A DNA stretch of 64,000 bases, from the NCBI GenBank assembly GCA_951406725.2, contig OX597828.1, positions 23,312,001-23,376,000 of the forward strand, read 5' to 3'. The stretch is from Octopus vulgaris. Taxonomy: Eukaryota. Within the stretch, counting starts at the first letter, position 1. Each line of letters starts with the position of its first letter. A program made the translations under genes and the position numbers. Of this stretch, positions 14,259 through 28,679 are shown piece by piece. The notes beneath the pieces were generated by a model, which saw only the letters and a list, made by a program, of their open reading frames with translations, made no database searches and was not told the DNA's origin.

Positions 14259-14319
14259 CAACATCAGCAACAGCAACAATAATGATAATAATAACAACAG
14301 CAGCAAAAACATCAACAGC

Positions 14320-14389
<70 letters not shown>

Positions 14390-14796
14390 TTAAAAACATC
14401 AACAGCAGCAACAATAATGATAATAATAACAACAACAGCAAAAACATCAACAGCAACAATAATAATAATAATAATAATAATAGTAATGATGATGATAAAC
14501 GTGTGTGATGGTGATGAGGATGATGATGAGGATAGAGGGGATTTTTTTCGGAAACATATTTACAATAAATACAAACATAAATAATAACAACAACAATGGC
14601 AATATTTTTTTTTATTCTCTACATAATACTAATAATATTAATAATGTTAAAAATAATATATATATATATATATATGTAACAAGATTAATTATAATAATAA
14701 TATATTTTTAAAAAAAGCAGCAAAATTGACAACAACACTAATAACAACAAAAACAATAACAGCAACAACAACAATAATAATAACAATAATAATAAC

Positions 14797-14854
<58 letters not shown>

Positions 14855-14875
14855 GTGATGGTGATGATGATGATG

Positions 14876-14950
<75 letters not shown>

Positions 14951-15539
14951 GTAATAATAATAATAATAATAATAATGAAGTCATATCTATGAAATATTAA
15001 ATACAATTCTTTATTTTGTAGAACCTGAAATGCATATCGCAAATAGAATTGAGCAAAACAACCAATCATACATCCATATACGTGTCTGTATGTATGTATG
15101 TATGTACGTATGTATGTATGTATGTATGTATGTATGTATGTATGTATGTATGTATGTATGTATGTATGTATGTATGTATGCATGTGTGTGAGGGAGAGAG
15201 AGAGAAAGGGAGAGAGAGTGGAGCAACTCATGGATATAGCTCTATACACTGTGAGACTATTGATTTAAATCAATATTTTATTTAGATTCTATACAAAGAT
15301 TTATACATAAACCATTCTACTGGAGAGGGTTTTTCAACTTCTGACAATATCTTTCGCAATATAACCAAAATATCATAATATCTTATGGAAATGCAGGAGA
15401 TTTATTCTCTCAGACATTCATATTTCTTGCTTTGTATCTCTGAATTTCTCATGATTCTCTCTCTTTCTCTCCCTGTGTTTCGTGCTTTCTCTACTTGTCT
15501 CTTTCCTTTTCTACATTGTAACACACTCACAGACACAGG

Positions 15540-15625
<86 letters not shown>

Positions 15626-15691
15626 CATATATATATATACATATATATACATATATATATATACACACATATATATATGCATGTATATATA

Positions 15692-15760
<69 letters not shown>

Positions 15761-15994
15761 GAGGTAGATAGATAGATACGTACGTATATATGTTTACATA
15801 GAGAGATTGAAGGCGGCAGAAACAGAAAGTAAGTCCTACAATTGGTATGGCTATGAGATATTTATACATCCACATACATATATGTATACATACATGGTCA
15901 CACACTGATATATATATTAATAAATAAAATAAAACATATGCATATATATAAACATATATGTACGTACCTACCTCTACATGTACATATACACGCA

Positions 15995-16225
15995 TATATG
16001 AGTACAGGACACCAAAAGGACGTCGAACACAATGAGAAACGAAAACATAGACACAAACCAAAGGAACTGGACATTTTTTTAAAAACAGCAAAAAAATAGA
16101 GTACAGGACAATTAACACAAAGAAAAAAAAAACCTTCTTCAGTCGCTAAAGGTTTCATCTACTCTACATTTCGAAGGATAAAAGCGAGACGTATCTTCGA
16201 CAAGAAACTTTCCTTTATGCGAATA
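15995..16225 (-). repeat. Dispersed repeat, probably derived from a Penelope-like terminal repeat
   Basis: GAACACAATGAGAAACGAAAA..ACAAACCAAAG..CTTCTTCAG is shared with 28068-28228; a related inverted copy lies at about 61025-61175. The PLE origin is an inference. Confidence 0.5.
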
Positions 16226-17149
16226 TATATATGCGTATATGTATGTATGTATGTATACAAGGACCCGCACACAATCCCACACACATGCATATTCATATAT
16301 AAATATACAAAGATAGATAGATATATAGATACAGAATGATAGGCAGATAGAGGCTGAGACAGATTGGCGTGGAAGAGATGAGGGATAGAGATTACTTCAT
16401 CAAAACATTTGGCCTTCTGGAAAGAAGAACTTTATTGAATGAAAATGCCGGGTTTATACAACACCCTCGACAGCAACCCTTAGAAGTGTCAGGAAGGAAT
16501 CTAATTAAATATAATTATTTAAATTCTAATAACAGTTACAAACGACATAGTACTCTAGGAAAACGAGGTGTGTCACCTGGCAAGACACATTATATTGGTA
16601 TCTGCATACAGCAACTCTACTTCATTATCCGGTTTTGATGGTAAGCTAACCCAGATTTGCGAGACCAAGGAAGGCGTGAAGTGTATAGAAAGGAAGATGG
16701 AATAGAAGAAAAGTGATTCATTTTAAATTAAACTATGACATGAATCAAGACATTTTTTCATGAAATTATCCCTAAAATATCCCTAAACATAACTTCAACG
16801 TCAAGTTTATCTGCACCGAGGATCTATTGGAAACGTTGCCATGTAAAGAGAACAGGAAAAATACTAATCGTTTGTAAATTAGTATAAGGATTATTACATT
16901 GAGAATAGAAATGATATACCACTTGTAGTCTCATAGTAAGACACCAATGCGATATGATTGAATTCATCGCTGTCTTGAACTCAAATCCTAGTCTACTATG
17001 CATTCAGTTTACAGGATATGATGAATCCTGTAATGCACAGTGGAAGGTTGACATGGGTTTTGTTCTTGAACATAACACTTTATTTCATGTTGGCCCAATT
17101 CGCTCACCTATCGAAATTGAGTTGTTTCTATAGTTCAATGGTCGAGGCT

Positions 17150-17310
17150 TTTCATATTCGGTGTGTCACGATGGATCCCCCTGAGAAATAAATTAAGGAC
17201 ACGCATGTATGTGGGTTGGGCAGTCACTTGCCCGCTAAATTCGCGAACAGGCTGTTTCTTTGCTCAAATCAATTGGGTCACACGTTGTTGTAACCCATAG
17301 ACAGTTCTAT
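17150..17310 (+). mobile_element. Decayed 3' part of SINE family C
   Basis: GTGTGTCACG...CCCTGAGAA...TTAAGGACACGCATGT...CAGGCTGTT resembles the reverse complement of 52500-52640. Confidence 0.5.
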
Positions 17311-17744
17311 ATGTGTGTATTTATACACTTATATATGTTTTTAATTAAATGTGTGTGTTTACACATGTAAGGACTGTTTGTTTTTGGCAGTATTCGATTC
17401 AGCTTTGAGACCCGGTCAGGTGAAATTTTCCCTGCAACATTTTGGTGCCGATATAAACTGTGCAGGCGTATTACTTTTTCCCGAAACCCATATATCCTCT
17501 ATGTTCCAGTTGATTCGTCGTGGAGGTAGGCCATGTCTTGGTTTTCTTCGTGTAGGATAATCTGCAAATCGAAAATATCACATGAAAGGAAAATGAACAG
17601 AGAGTGAAATAATTTTTGGCGTTACCAACATAGTATCCTTCACCAGAGAAAACCGACGTAAAAAGGCTATATATATGTGCGTGTGTGTGTGTTTATATAT
17701 ATATATATATTTACGTATATCTATCAATGAATCTATCGAGCTGT

Positions 17745-17905
<161 letters not shown>

Positions 17906-18183
17906 CATATATATATACATGTGTATGTATGTATATACATATATATATACAGCTCGATAGATTCATTGATAGATATACGTAAATATATGTGTGGGGGTTG
18001 TGTGGTATGTGCGTGTGTTTGCGTATGTTTGCGTGCATGTGTGCGTGTGTGTGTCTGTGTGTCTGCGTGTGTGTGCGCGCTCGCGAATGAGTGTGTGTGT
18101 TATATGACCTAAACAACCTCCTTAGATACTTCTCAGAAGCAGTTACCAGTAATTGGAAATATACACAATTTCCTCCACTTCAT

Positions 18184-18218
<35 letters not shown>

Positions 18219-18540
18219 TCATCCCCATCATCACCGTCCTCCTCCACTTTTCTCCTTCTCAGCAGCCTTATCACAGACATATAATATTGACTGTCACGCT
18301 TAGAATCATATTTCTGCATTATGAACTTCGAAAACAGGCAAAAGTTCACAATCATGAAAAAAAAAGAAGAAAAAAAAACCGTAAATGGATACATTGTTGT
18401 AGGAACTAATTTAAACAATAACTTTGAACAATATAAAGATTACCACCATGAAGCTATCTCTTCATGTATATTTAATTTAATCTACAACGCTACGCAATGA
18501 CGTATAGGAACACAAACACAAAGTCACACACGCCCGCACG

Positions 18541-18582
<42 letters not shown>

Positions 18583-18715
18583 CATCCATATATTTATATG
18601 TTTGTATATATATATATATTCATATATATATATCCATATATATATATATACACACACATATATACATTTACGTTTACATATAAATATATGTATAATTATA
18701 TACTTCCATACACAG

Positions 18716-18805
<90 letters not shown>

Positions 18806-18932
18806 ATATATTTATATATATATATATATATTTGTATATATATACGCACACATATATGTATATATACATGTGTATACATACATATACCCGCACACATATA
18901 CACATGCACTCACCCACACAGGCCCACATAGG

Positions 18933-19008
<76 letters not shown>

Positions 19009-19519
19009 GAGTTATGTATGATGAATTACGAGTATATTTTTAATTATGTATGTGTTTATGTTTGCATAGGTTGTCATTTTACGCGTGGTAGTATCTGAGT
19101 ATATGTTTCGCGTTTTTTCTTTCTCTCTCTCTCTCTTTCTTTCTTTTCATGTCTCCCTCCTTCTCTCTCTTTCCCTTTCCATATATATGTATGTATTTAT
19201 ATATAAATAATAATAAGACATATATGTATAAATATATGTGTGTGTGTGGGTGTGTGGGTGTGTGTATTCGTAACTGAAAGCGAGTATGTAAAATCCATTT
19301 CTACACTAACAAAAAACAATATACATAAAATATTGTTAATATTTCATTTTCTGAAAATTTAAAATTAAAATGATAATTGATATTTTTTTACAAACAAAAA
19401 AAAAATGACTAAATGATAATTTTATGCAAATATCATATCATTGTTACCGTGTTTCCTTTTTATTGTTATATTTGATTGTATATGAGAGTTGTCATTGCTA
19501 TTATTATCATTATTAATTA

Positions 19520-21015
19520 AGCTGGCAAAGTGGATACTGCGGTGGACGAAATGTTTAGCGGTATTTTGCCCGTCGAAGGCGGTGAGCTGGCAGGAACGTT
19601 AGCACGTCGGGCGAAATGCTTTGCGGTATTTCATCTGCTGTTACGTTGTGAGTTCAAATTCCGCCGAGGTCGACTTTGCCTTTCATCCTTTCGGGGTCGA
19701 TAAATTAAGTACCAGTTACGCACTGGGGTCGATGTAATCGACTTAATACCTATGTCTGTCCTTGTTTGTCCCCTCTATGTTTAGCCCCTTGTGGGTAATA
19801 AAGAAATAGGTATTTAGCCCGTCGAAGGCCGTCGAAGGCGGCGAGCTGGCAGTTCAAAAACGTTAGCACGCCGGATGAAATGACTTAATATCTATGTCTG
19901 CTTGTTTGTCCCCTCTGTGTTTAGCCCCTTGTGGGTAATAAAGAAATAGGTATTTTGCCCGTCGTTATGTTCTAAATTCAAATTCCGCCGGAGTCGATTT
20001 TGCCTATCACCCTTTCCTGGTCGATAAATTGAGATACCACTGAAATTCTTGGCTTTATGTAATTAACTAGTCCCCTCCCACCAAAACATCGGGCCTTGTA
20101 CCTATAATAGAAAGGATTATTATCATTATTAATTTGGGCGGTGAGCTGATTGAATTGGTAGAATACCGGACGATTTTCCTAAACGGCATTTCGTCCGTCC
20201 TTACGGTCTAAGTTCAAATTCCGCCGAGGTTGACTTTGCCTTTCATCCTTTCGGGGTCGATAAATTAAGTACCAGTTCCGCACTGGGGTCGATGTAATCG
20301 ACTTAATATCTATGTCTGTCCTTGTTTGTCCCCTCTGTGTTTAGCCCCTTGTGGGTAATAAAGAAATAGGTATTTTGCCCGTCGTTATGTTCTAAATTCA
20401 AATTCCGCCGGAGTCGATATTTGCCTATCATCCTTTCCTGGTCGATAAATTGAGATACCACTGAAATTCTGGGCTTTATGTAATTAACTAGTCCCCCCCC
20501 CCCCAAAAAAAAAACATCGGGCCTTGTGCCTATAATAGAAAGGATCATTATCATTATTAATTTGGGCGGTGAGCTGATTGAATTGGTAGAATACCGAACG
20601 ATTTTCCTAAGCGGCATTTCGTCCGTCCTTACGGTCTAATTCAAATTCCGCCGGGATCGACTTTGCATTTCGTCCTTCAGAGTCGATGAAATAAGTACCA
20701 GTTATATACTGAGGGCAAGTGTAATCGACCAGCTCTTCCTACCCGCCAAATTTCAGGCCTTGTGCTTTTAGAGGAGAGGATTATTTTTCGTAAGGCGGGC
20801 GAAATGTTTAGTGGTATTTCATCATTTGCTACGTTCTGAGTTCAAATTCCGCCGGAGTCCACGTCGTCTTTCATCATTTCGAGATCGATAAATTAAATCC
20901 CAGTCAAGTACTAGGGTCGATGTGATCGATTGCCCTCCTTCCCCACAGGCCTTGTGCGTAGAGTAGAAAGGATTATTGTTATCATTAAGTCGGTGAGCTG
21001 GCAGAATCGTTAGCA
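19520..21015 (+). mobile_element. Cluster of about 8 nested and tandem family B SINEs, including a ~420-bp duplication
   Basis: Repeated GGCGG(T/C)GAGCTGGCAG heads, GTTCAAATTCCGCCG B-box regions and cores; 19882-20226 is duplicated at 20300-20653. Confidence 0.9.
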
Positions 21016-21074
21016 CATCATCATCATCATCATTACTACTATTAATGTTATTATTATTTTTATTATCTGTTGCA

Positions 21075-21126
21075 GTTGTAGTAGTAGTAGTAGGAGGAGG
21101 AGTGGCAGCAGCAGTAACATTAGTAA

Positions 21127-21199
<73 letters not shown>

Positions 21200-21260
21200 G
21201 GTGGTGGTGGTGGTGGTGGTGGTGGTGGTAGTGGTGCTGGTGGTGGTTGTGGTGGTTGTG

Positions 21261-21294
<34 letters not shown>

Positions 21295-21321
21295 CGGTAG
21301 TAGTAGTAGTAGTTGTTGTAA

Positions 21322-21377
<56 letters not shown>

Positions 21378-21381
21378 GTAG
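21075..21381. repeat. Compound triplet array (GTA/GGT/GCA)
   Basis: Direct inspection. Confidence 0.97.
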
Positions 21382-21499
21382 CTTTCCCCCCACCCACCAT
21401 TATCCGGGAGGTAGATCGTGATATTACGAATTATCAGGCTTTACTCACGTGTTCACACAATCCCCTCTAAAACCAGTTCTAGCTACCATGGTTCTGCTG

Positions 21500-21635
21500 A
21501 CTATGAGTTAAATATCAGGCACCCAATCTGAAAAAAAACATCTGAAAACCTTAGAAATACACTACAATCTAGATGTATTGTACATGTCAGCATTACTTGG
21601 AACTGCACGCATATTGCGTGAAGTTTTATTAGTAA
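21500..21635 (+). mobile_element. Short C-terminal fragment of an R4/Dong-like LINE
   Basis: YNLDVLYMSALLGTARILREVL matches the LQKxALLGTAxILRxVL terminus of this group; followed by triplet microsatellite. Confidence 0.55.
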
Positions 21636-21637
21636 TA

Positions 21638-21691
<54 letters not shown>

Positions 21692-21732
21692 GTGATGGTG
21701 ATGCTGATGATGATAAATATATATATGTCATT

Positions 21733-21870
21733 GCGCAGGAGCGGCTATGTGATCAGTAGCTTACAAACCAACCACATAGTTCCAGGTTCAGTCCCACTAT
21801 AGTCTCGGGCCGACCAAGGACTTTTGAGTGGATTTGGTAGACGGAAACTGAAAGAAGCCCGTCGTATATA
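21733..21870 (+). mobile_element. Internally deleted family A SINE
   Basis: GCGCAGGAGCGGCTATGTG...GGTTCAGTCCCACT...GGATTTGGTAGACGGAAACTGAAAGAAGCCCGTCG matches 63727-63890. Confidence 0.8.
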
Positions 21871-22484
21871 TATATATATATATTATTGTTAATAGTGAAG
21901 TAGAACATACGGAAAATTGGAGTCCTAATTGTATTTGCCGTCGATTCATTTCTATTTATATTGCAGCCAAATTGTTGGAATTGTCATGAACAAAGACTTG
22001 TAAGAAATATATTGCCTGATCAAATAATGATGTTTAATTTTTAAGATCCACCGAATTCCTCTAAAGTATCATTGGAAGCGATACTTTATAGTAATTTTCG
22101 TGTATGACGTTTACGTTTTCCGAATCACATTGATAAACTCAGGAATGTACGCGCATAGCAGTATGTATCTAGAAGCACAATTGTTTCTCAACATGTAAAC
22201 ATTGATAACAACTATTGCACATATATATGAATATAAACGCGTAAATATATATTTATAGGTATGTGTGCGTTTGTGTGTGTGTCAACGTCAGTGTGTGTGT
22301 GTGTTGCTGTATATGTGTAGGCCTTCATAGGCCTATGAGTCCGTGTTTGTTTGTGTGTGTGCTTATGTGTGTGTGGCTGCGTATGTATGTGCGTGCATAC
22401 GGAATTATAAATAGCTATATGCATGAATGGAAATGACTTTGGCTAATTATATACATATATATGTATACACACACACACACACAC

Positions 22485-22516
<32 letters not shown>

Positions 22517-22543
22517 CGTACTCATATATTTATTTATACACAC

Positions 22544-22613
<70 letters not shown>

Positions 22614-22802
22614 CATATATATATAAATATATACATACACACACGTGCACGTGCACGTATATAGTTGCGTATGTGTACGTGTGTAACGTATACTTGTGTG
22701 TGTACGCAATATACATGTATATATATTCATATATATATATGTACACACACTCATACGCAGATATACATATATACGTATATATATATATATGTTTATATAT
22801 GC

Positions 22803-22843
<41 letters not shown>

Positions 22844-23540
22844 TGAATACTTGGTAAATATTTACATGCATTTATATGCATACTTTAAAAATAATATTTA
22901 TGTAATATCACATAGTGTGCTGCGGTTAATGGAGTCAATTGCTTTAGAATTTTGTAATAGTTGCTTTCCGTGTAATTGTCTTCGGAGCTGTGATATTGAG
23001 GCTGATTGGGAAATGTCACGAATGTGTGCTTTCCAAACCATTAGATGCAGACACACTCTGATTGCAAAAATATAGAAAAAAAAAATAACAAATAACTATA
23101 ATAAATGTCGAAAGCAATATATAAGCGCGCTTGTGTATGATTGTGTATACGTACATATATAAATATGATTATGCATGTTTGTAAGAATGGGTATATATAT
23201 ATATATATATATATATGTGGGGGGGGGTGTACATTGAGCGGGGGGAGGCAGATGAGAAGATAAAGGATATATATTTTTTTAAAATTACATAACGATGAGT
23301 TTTCATGTCTCCGTTTACGAGATTTCTCATTAAAACCGCATAAAAGTAACGATGCTGTAGTTTAACTATTGTAAACAACAGCGCAAATATCCACAAACCA
23401 CGATGTAGATGGTTTGTAGATTAAGCATTATAATACAAGCAAAAACTAAGCTAAAGTATACATCTTTGACAAGAATCTGCAGTAGAGGAAAAAGTGTTCT
23501 GAGATTTTTTTTTGTTTTTGCATTTAAACTTAATAATTTA

Positions 23541-23768
<228 letters not shown>

Positions 23769-23799
23769 TTACGAGAGTGTTAGCATGGATATTATATAC

Positions 23800-25000
23800 C
23801 TAAATCTCCACACCAATACAAGGCAGTTAGTAGACATATACCGAAGAATATAGAAGAGGTGTTCGTATTGAGAATGTTTTTTTGTTATGGTGTCTCGCTC
23901 CTTACAGTTTTACACTATTTTAGAATGGATATCATGTAACACTGAGAGTGTTTCGATTGATGTGAAGCCTCTGCTATATCCTTTTCTTTTAACTGAGGTT
24001 TACATGAACGTATATTCGGTGCGGGTAAACAATTATTGCATTTTGTCTTCACTTGACATTGGCTCTTATCTTGAATTCGAGGACTGATTTCTCTACCTGG
24101 ACTGACATTTGGAGCATTAATGCTGGTGGCGAATGTAGATAACGAGGCAAATCCTTGTGTAGAGCATACCATTGCATTGGCTACATATGAATATTGGAAT
24201 CGGTCGCGTTTGCTGCGACCTGATCATCCGTTGCGAACGTTTCTCCTCCGCTTTATATTCTTTTTCTTCCAAAGAATATTACGCTATTACTTATGTTATT
24301 TCGGTAGTCGGGACGATCGGTTACGGTCGTCTCAAAGACATAGAGGCTGAAACTAGTCTGCTTCAGAGTTGACGTTAATGGACTTTTGTAGCGTCGAAAA
24401 GGGGTCCAAGTTTGTTTATTGATATAGACATCTTTGATCTAAACTTATATCAAAGAAATAGTAAGGCCATTGTTAATGACGTTACTCGATATTCATGTAG
24501 TTCTGTCTTGCTTTGCAACCATGTAAAACACATTCGCTCCGTTGCTATTCCGTTTTAGAGTGTTGTAACCAGGCGAAAGATTTCCTTCCATATCTTTCAA
24601 AGCACATATTTTCAGATCATCCACACACACAATGCTTTAAGATGCTGCTTCTATATTCTCGTGAATCGGTTGTGTATCCTTCAAACATCTGTAACAAAAA
24701 AGACAGAGAATTCACTGAAAGTTATAATAGCGTCACGAAGTGAATGACTAACGGCCAGAAACTCTAAGAAACTGTATCGTATTAAGAAGCATATAATTGC
24801 TTCTTATATTCAGGAAAGCAGCTCACGAACAAGCTAGGGTGTCTCGATGGATTACAGCCATGACAATGCTATATAGGATTTGAGTTGGTCACAGAAACCC
24901 TAGCGTCATTAAGGGGTGAACAGAGACAAATGGATTCTTATAATTCAGAGAGACAATAGTGCAGGTGATTCTACAGCAGAACAGAAGATTCTCAACAAGA
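23800..25000 (-). mobile_element. Possible very old non-LTR retrotransposon relic
   Basis: Minus-strand remnant HCVCVDDLKI near 24600-24640 resembles the catalytic RT motif (HLxYxDDLKL). The rest is too decayed to align by eye, so boundaries are approximate. Confidence 0.3.
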
Positions 25001-25244
25001 ATTTTTTCCCAGATAATATTTTTACTAAAACCGAAATATTTAAGGAAATTTTTCACATGTCATATACAATATATATTTGTATGTATGCGACCCATTTTCG
25101 AAATGTCGCTATCACTCTGTCTATCATCTCAAAGTGACAGTAACTAATACGACAAATTTTCACATCGTTTTGACTTCGTTTGGTTTTCGTTTTAGATTTA
25201 TTTCATTTGAGAATTGTTTTTAAATTTACATATATGTGGATGGT

Positions 25245-25370
25245 TTTCGAGTAATTTGTTTTTTTCCGGGAGTCTCTTTTTAAAGTGGAGGAAATAGCTA
25301 AGGTTCTTTGGCTACTATTTCTAAACTTCGGTATGTGGTAGAGCAAATCTTTGCTGAACCCTATTATAAA

Positions 25371-25372
<2 letters not shown>
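25245..25372. repeat. Dispersed repeat; same family as the arms of the inverted repeat at 56371-56688
   Basis: ACTTCGGTATGTGGTA(G/A)AGCAAATCTTTGCTGAACCCTA is shared. Confidence 0.8.
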
Positions 25373-25423
<51 letters not shown>

Positions 25424-25508
25424 TGCGTGCGTATGCATAAGTATGTGTGTACATAAGCATATATATATATGCGCCTGTGTGTATGTATATATATGTATGT
25501 ACATATGC

Positions 25509-25541
<33 letters not shown>

Positions 25542-25945
25542 CATATGTATATGCATGTATATACGCATATGTATATATATACATTTACTTACGTGTATTA
25601 ATAAATATATATATATATATATATGGGGGGGGGGGAGTGTGTGAGTTTGTGCGGGGCTATCTGTGTATATGTATGAAAGAAACAACGCATCTATGGACAC
25701 AATGCGATAAAAATTTATTCGAGGAACAGAATGATAATGTCAATGAGTTATCTAAATAAATGTTTCATGGCGTTTCGTTTCCGAGTTCAAATCCAGCAGT
25801 GAGTGATTTTAAATTTCATCCTTCCGGGGTCGAGAACTTACGTATGATTAACCATTACTAACATAGCTGATAAGAAAATCGATAAATATTTGTTACAAGT
25901 ATCTACTTATTTACAAATACTTATAAAGACTCAAGCAAAACCACA

Positions 25946-26005
<60 letters not shown>

Positions 26006-26121
26006 TATGCTCACACATACACGTAGTATATGCTGCATAAAAACTATCACTTAGCACACTATGTACACGCAGAACCTTACACGGTCTATATATATCTGAG
26101 TATGGGTGTGTATATGTGTGC

Positions 26122-26154
<33 letters not shown>

Positions 26155-26487
26155 CATACATATTTATATGTATTTATATATGTACGTATAAACACAAGCA
26201 CACACATGTGTATATGTGCATATGTGAGCACATGATTACACATACATATATATATATATATTTGTATATATATGCATGTATATCTACATACAGGGATACA
26301 TTGATTCATAAATCATACACGAACAACCATACACATGAATATATACATATATGTGTGTGTGTGTATGTATGTATATATATATTCATCCACATACACATGC
26401 ATATATACCTACTCACAGACACAGAGACACACGCTCGTATATATATATATATATATATATTTATACATATATATGATATTTATATAT

Positions 26488-26547
<60 letters not shown>

Positions 26548-26903
26548 TACATTCCTATGTTATATATATACAACATATATATATACATAAGCATAAATGC
26601 GCGTGCGTGTGTGTGTGTGTATGACTGTTTTTGCTGAGGGAGTGTTATTGTAATGGTTGAATGACAAAAACACTTAGTGTCAGAGAGAATGGCTATTTAA
26701 CTATTTTAGTGCCATTGTTTTACTCAGTTCAGTTCAATTGATTATCCTATTATTTATTATCTTCAAAAGAAAAACCATTTCCTATTTGGACAATCTCTTC
26801 TTTTATAGAAAGTCGCTGATGTTTGTCGCTTATCTTATCAAGTATCTTCAAAAATCAATTTACTTTATAATGATATTCATCCATAGTACAGGGACATATA
26901 CCT

Positions 26904-26949
<46 letters not shown>

Positions 26950-27238
26950 ACACACACACACATACACACTCATACACACACACACACAAAGAATGCACAC
27001 ACATACGAAAGACATATAAAACTGCATACGCTTCAAACACATATAGACATATATACACATACAGACATACACACACATGTATATATAAGTATATGTGTGT
27101 GCGTATATACACGTACGTATGTCTATGAATATTTGTGTGTGTGTATATATATATATATATATCTAAGTATACATATATATACATATATATATATATACAC
27201 ATACATATATATATATATCTAAGTATACATACATATAC

Positions 27239-27272
<34 letters not shown>

Positions 27273-27530
27273 CTAAATATATATATATAAACATATATAT
27301 GCATATATATATATATATACGTGTATGTATATGAACATATATTCACTCAAGTGTACTGCGTAGAATATATCGAAAGTGTTCACAAACACACAAAAACACA
27401 TACACATACACAATCACACATACACACACATACACATATATACATATGTATATCTATGTACGTATTCATATATATCTATATCAATATATATATATATATG
27501 TTTGTGTGTGTAGACATATATATGCGTGTA

Positions 27531-27582
<52 letters not shown>

Positions 27583-27928
27583 CATATATATATATGTATG
27601 TATATAAGTATGTATGTATGAGTGTGTATTTCCGTCTGCGAGTGTGCGTGTCTACGTATGTATATGTGTATTTTGATGTAAACACACACACACTCATATA
27701 TATATATTGTTCTTTGCCTGGAAGTTATTCTCCTAATTTTAAAGATATTATCGACATTATTATACGAAAATAATTTAGCTACAATTGTCTTTCCCATATA
27801 TCAAGCATTCATGTGCGTCTTATACATGAAATTAATGTAAAGAGATTTGAAAAATACACTTGTACTCTGACAAAAGCATAAGCATGTGAAATAGTAGTAT
27901 ATGCTAGTGTCTGCATGTGTATGTATAC

Positions 27929-27973
<45 letters not shown>

Positions 27974-28228
27974 TATATAAATAGCATATATAATATATAA
28001 ATATATGCATATATACATACATATATGTACATACCTACATATATGTGTATATATACATGCATATATGGGTACAGGGCTTCAAAAAAACTTTGAACACAAT
28101 GAGAAACGAAAATATAAAAACAAAACCAAAGAAACGAATTTTGTTGGGTGGGAAGAACGCATAATTCAAATACAGTAACAAAACATACAACATAAAGAAT
28201 ATTCCTCTTCTTCAGCTGTCCATGTTTC

Positions 28229-28298
<70 letters not shown>

Positions 28299-28329
28299 GT
28301 ATATATACACATACATACATACATATATG

Positions 28330-28382
<53 letters not shown>

Positions 28383-28386
<4 letters not shown>

Positions 28387-28619
28387 GGAAGCTTTATGAA
28401 AATAAACAAAAGACGAAGGCAGGTGGAGTATAAACAAACAATTGTATTAATATGGCGCTCAGGAATATAAATAAAACAAGAATTTTACGTTTCGAGCCTA
28501 CGCGCTTCAACAGAAAGATACACAGAAAAGAAACACAGAAAGAAACAAGGAAAGAAAAGAAATGCGTGCAGAAGCTAGCGAATCAACATGGCGATCCCAA
28601 CATGGCGATCCCAACATGG

Positions 28620-28623
<4 letters not shown>
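28383..28623 (-). repeat. Penelope-type terminal-repeat fragment with a degenerate hammerhead core, embedded in (TA)n
   Basis: Minus strand 28517-28482: CUUU-CUGUUGA-AGCGCGUAGGCUC-GAAACGUA-AAA. Ends in a 14-bp tandem repeat (CAACATGGCGATCC x about 3). Confidence 0.5.

Positions 28624-28679
<56 letters not shown>

Noticed and set aside
18091-18303. Poly-His/poly-Gln ORF resembling a transcription-factor low-complexity region
   Set aside because: Explained by CAT/CAG microsatellite; no convincing splice sites or domain.
20822-21400. 192-aa Thr-rich mucin-like ORF
   Set aside because: Translation of the GTA/GGT array running into a SINE.
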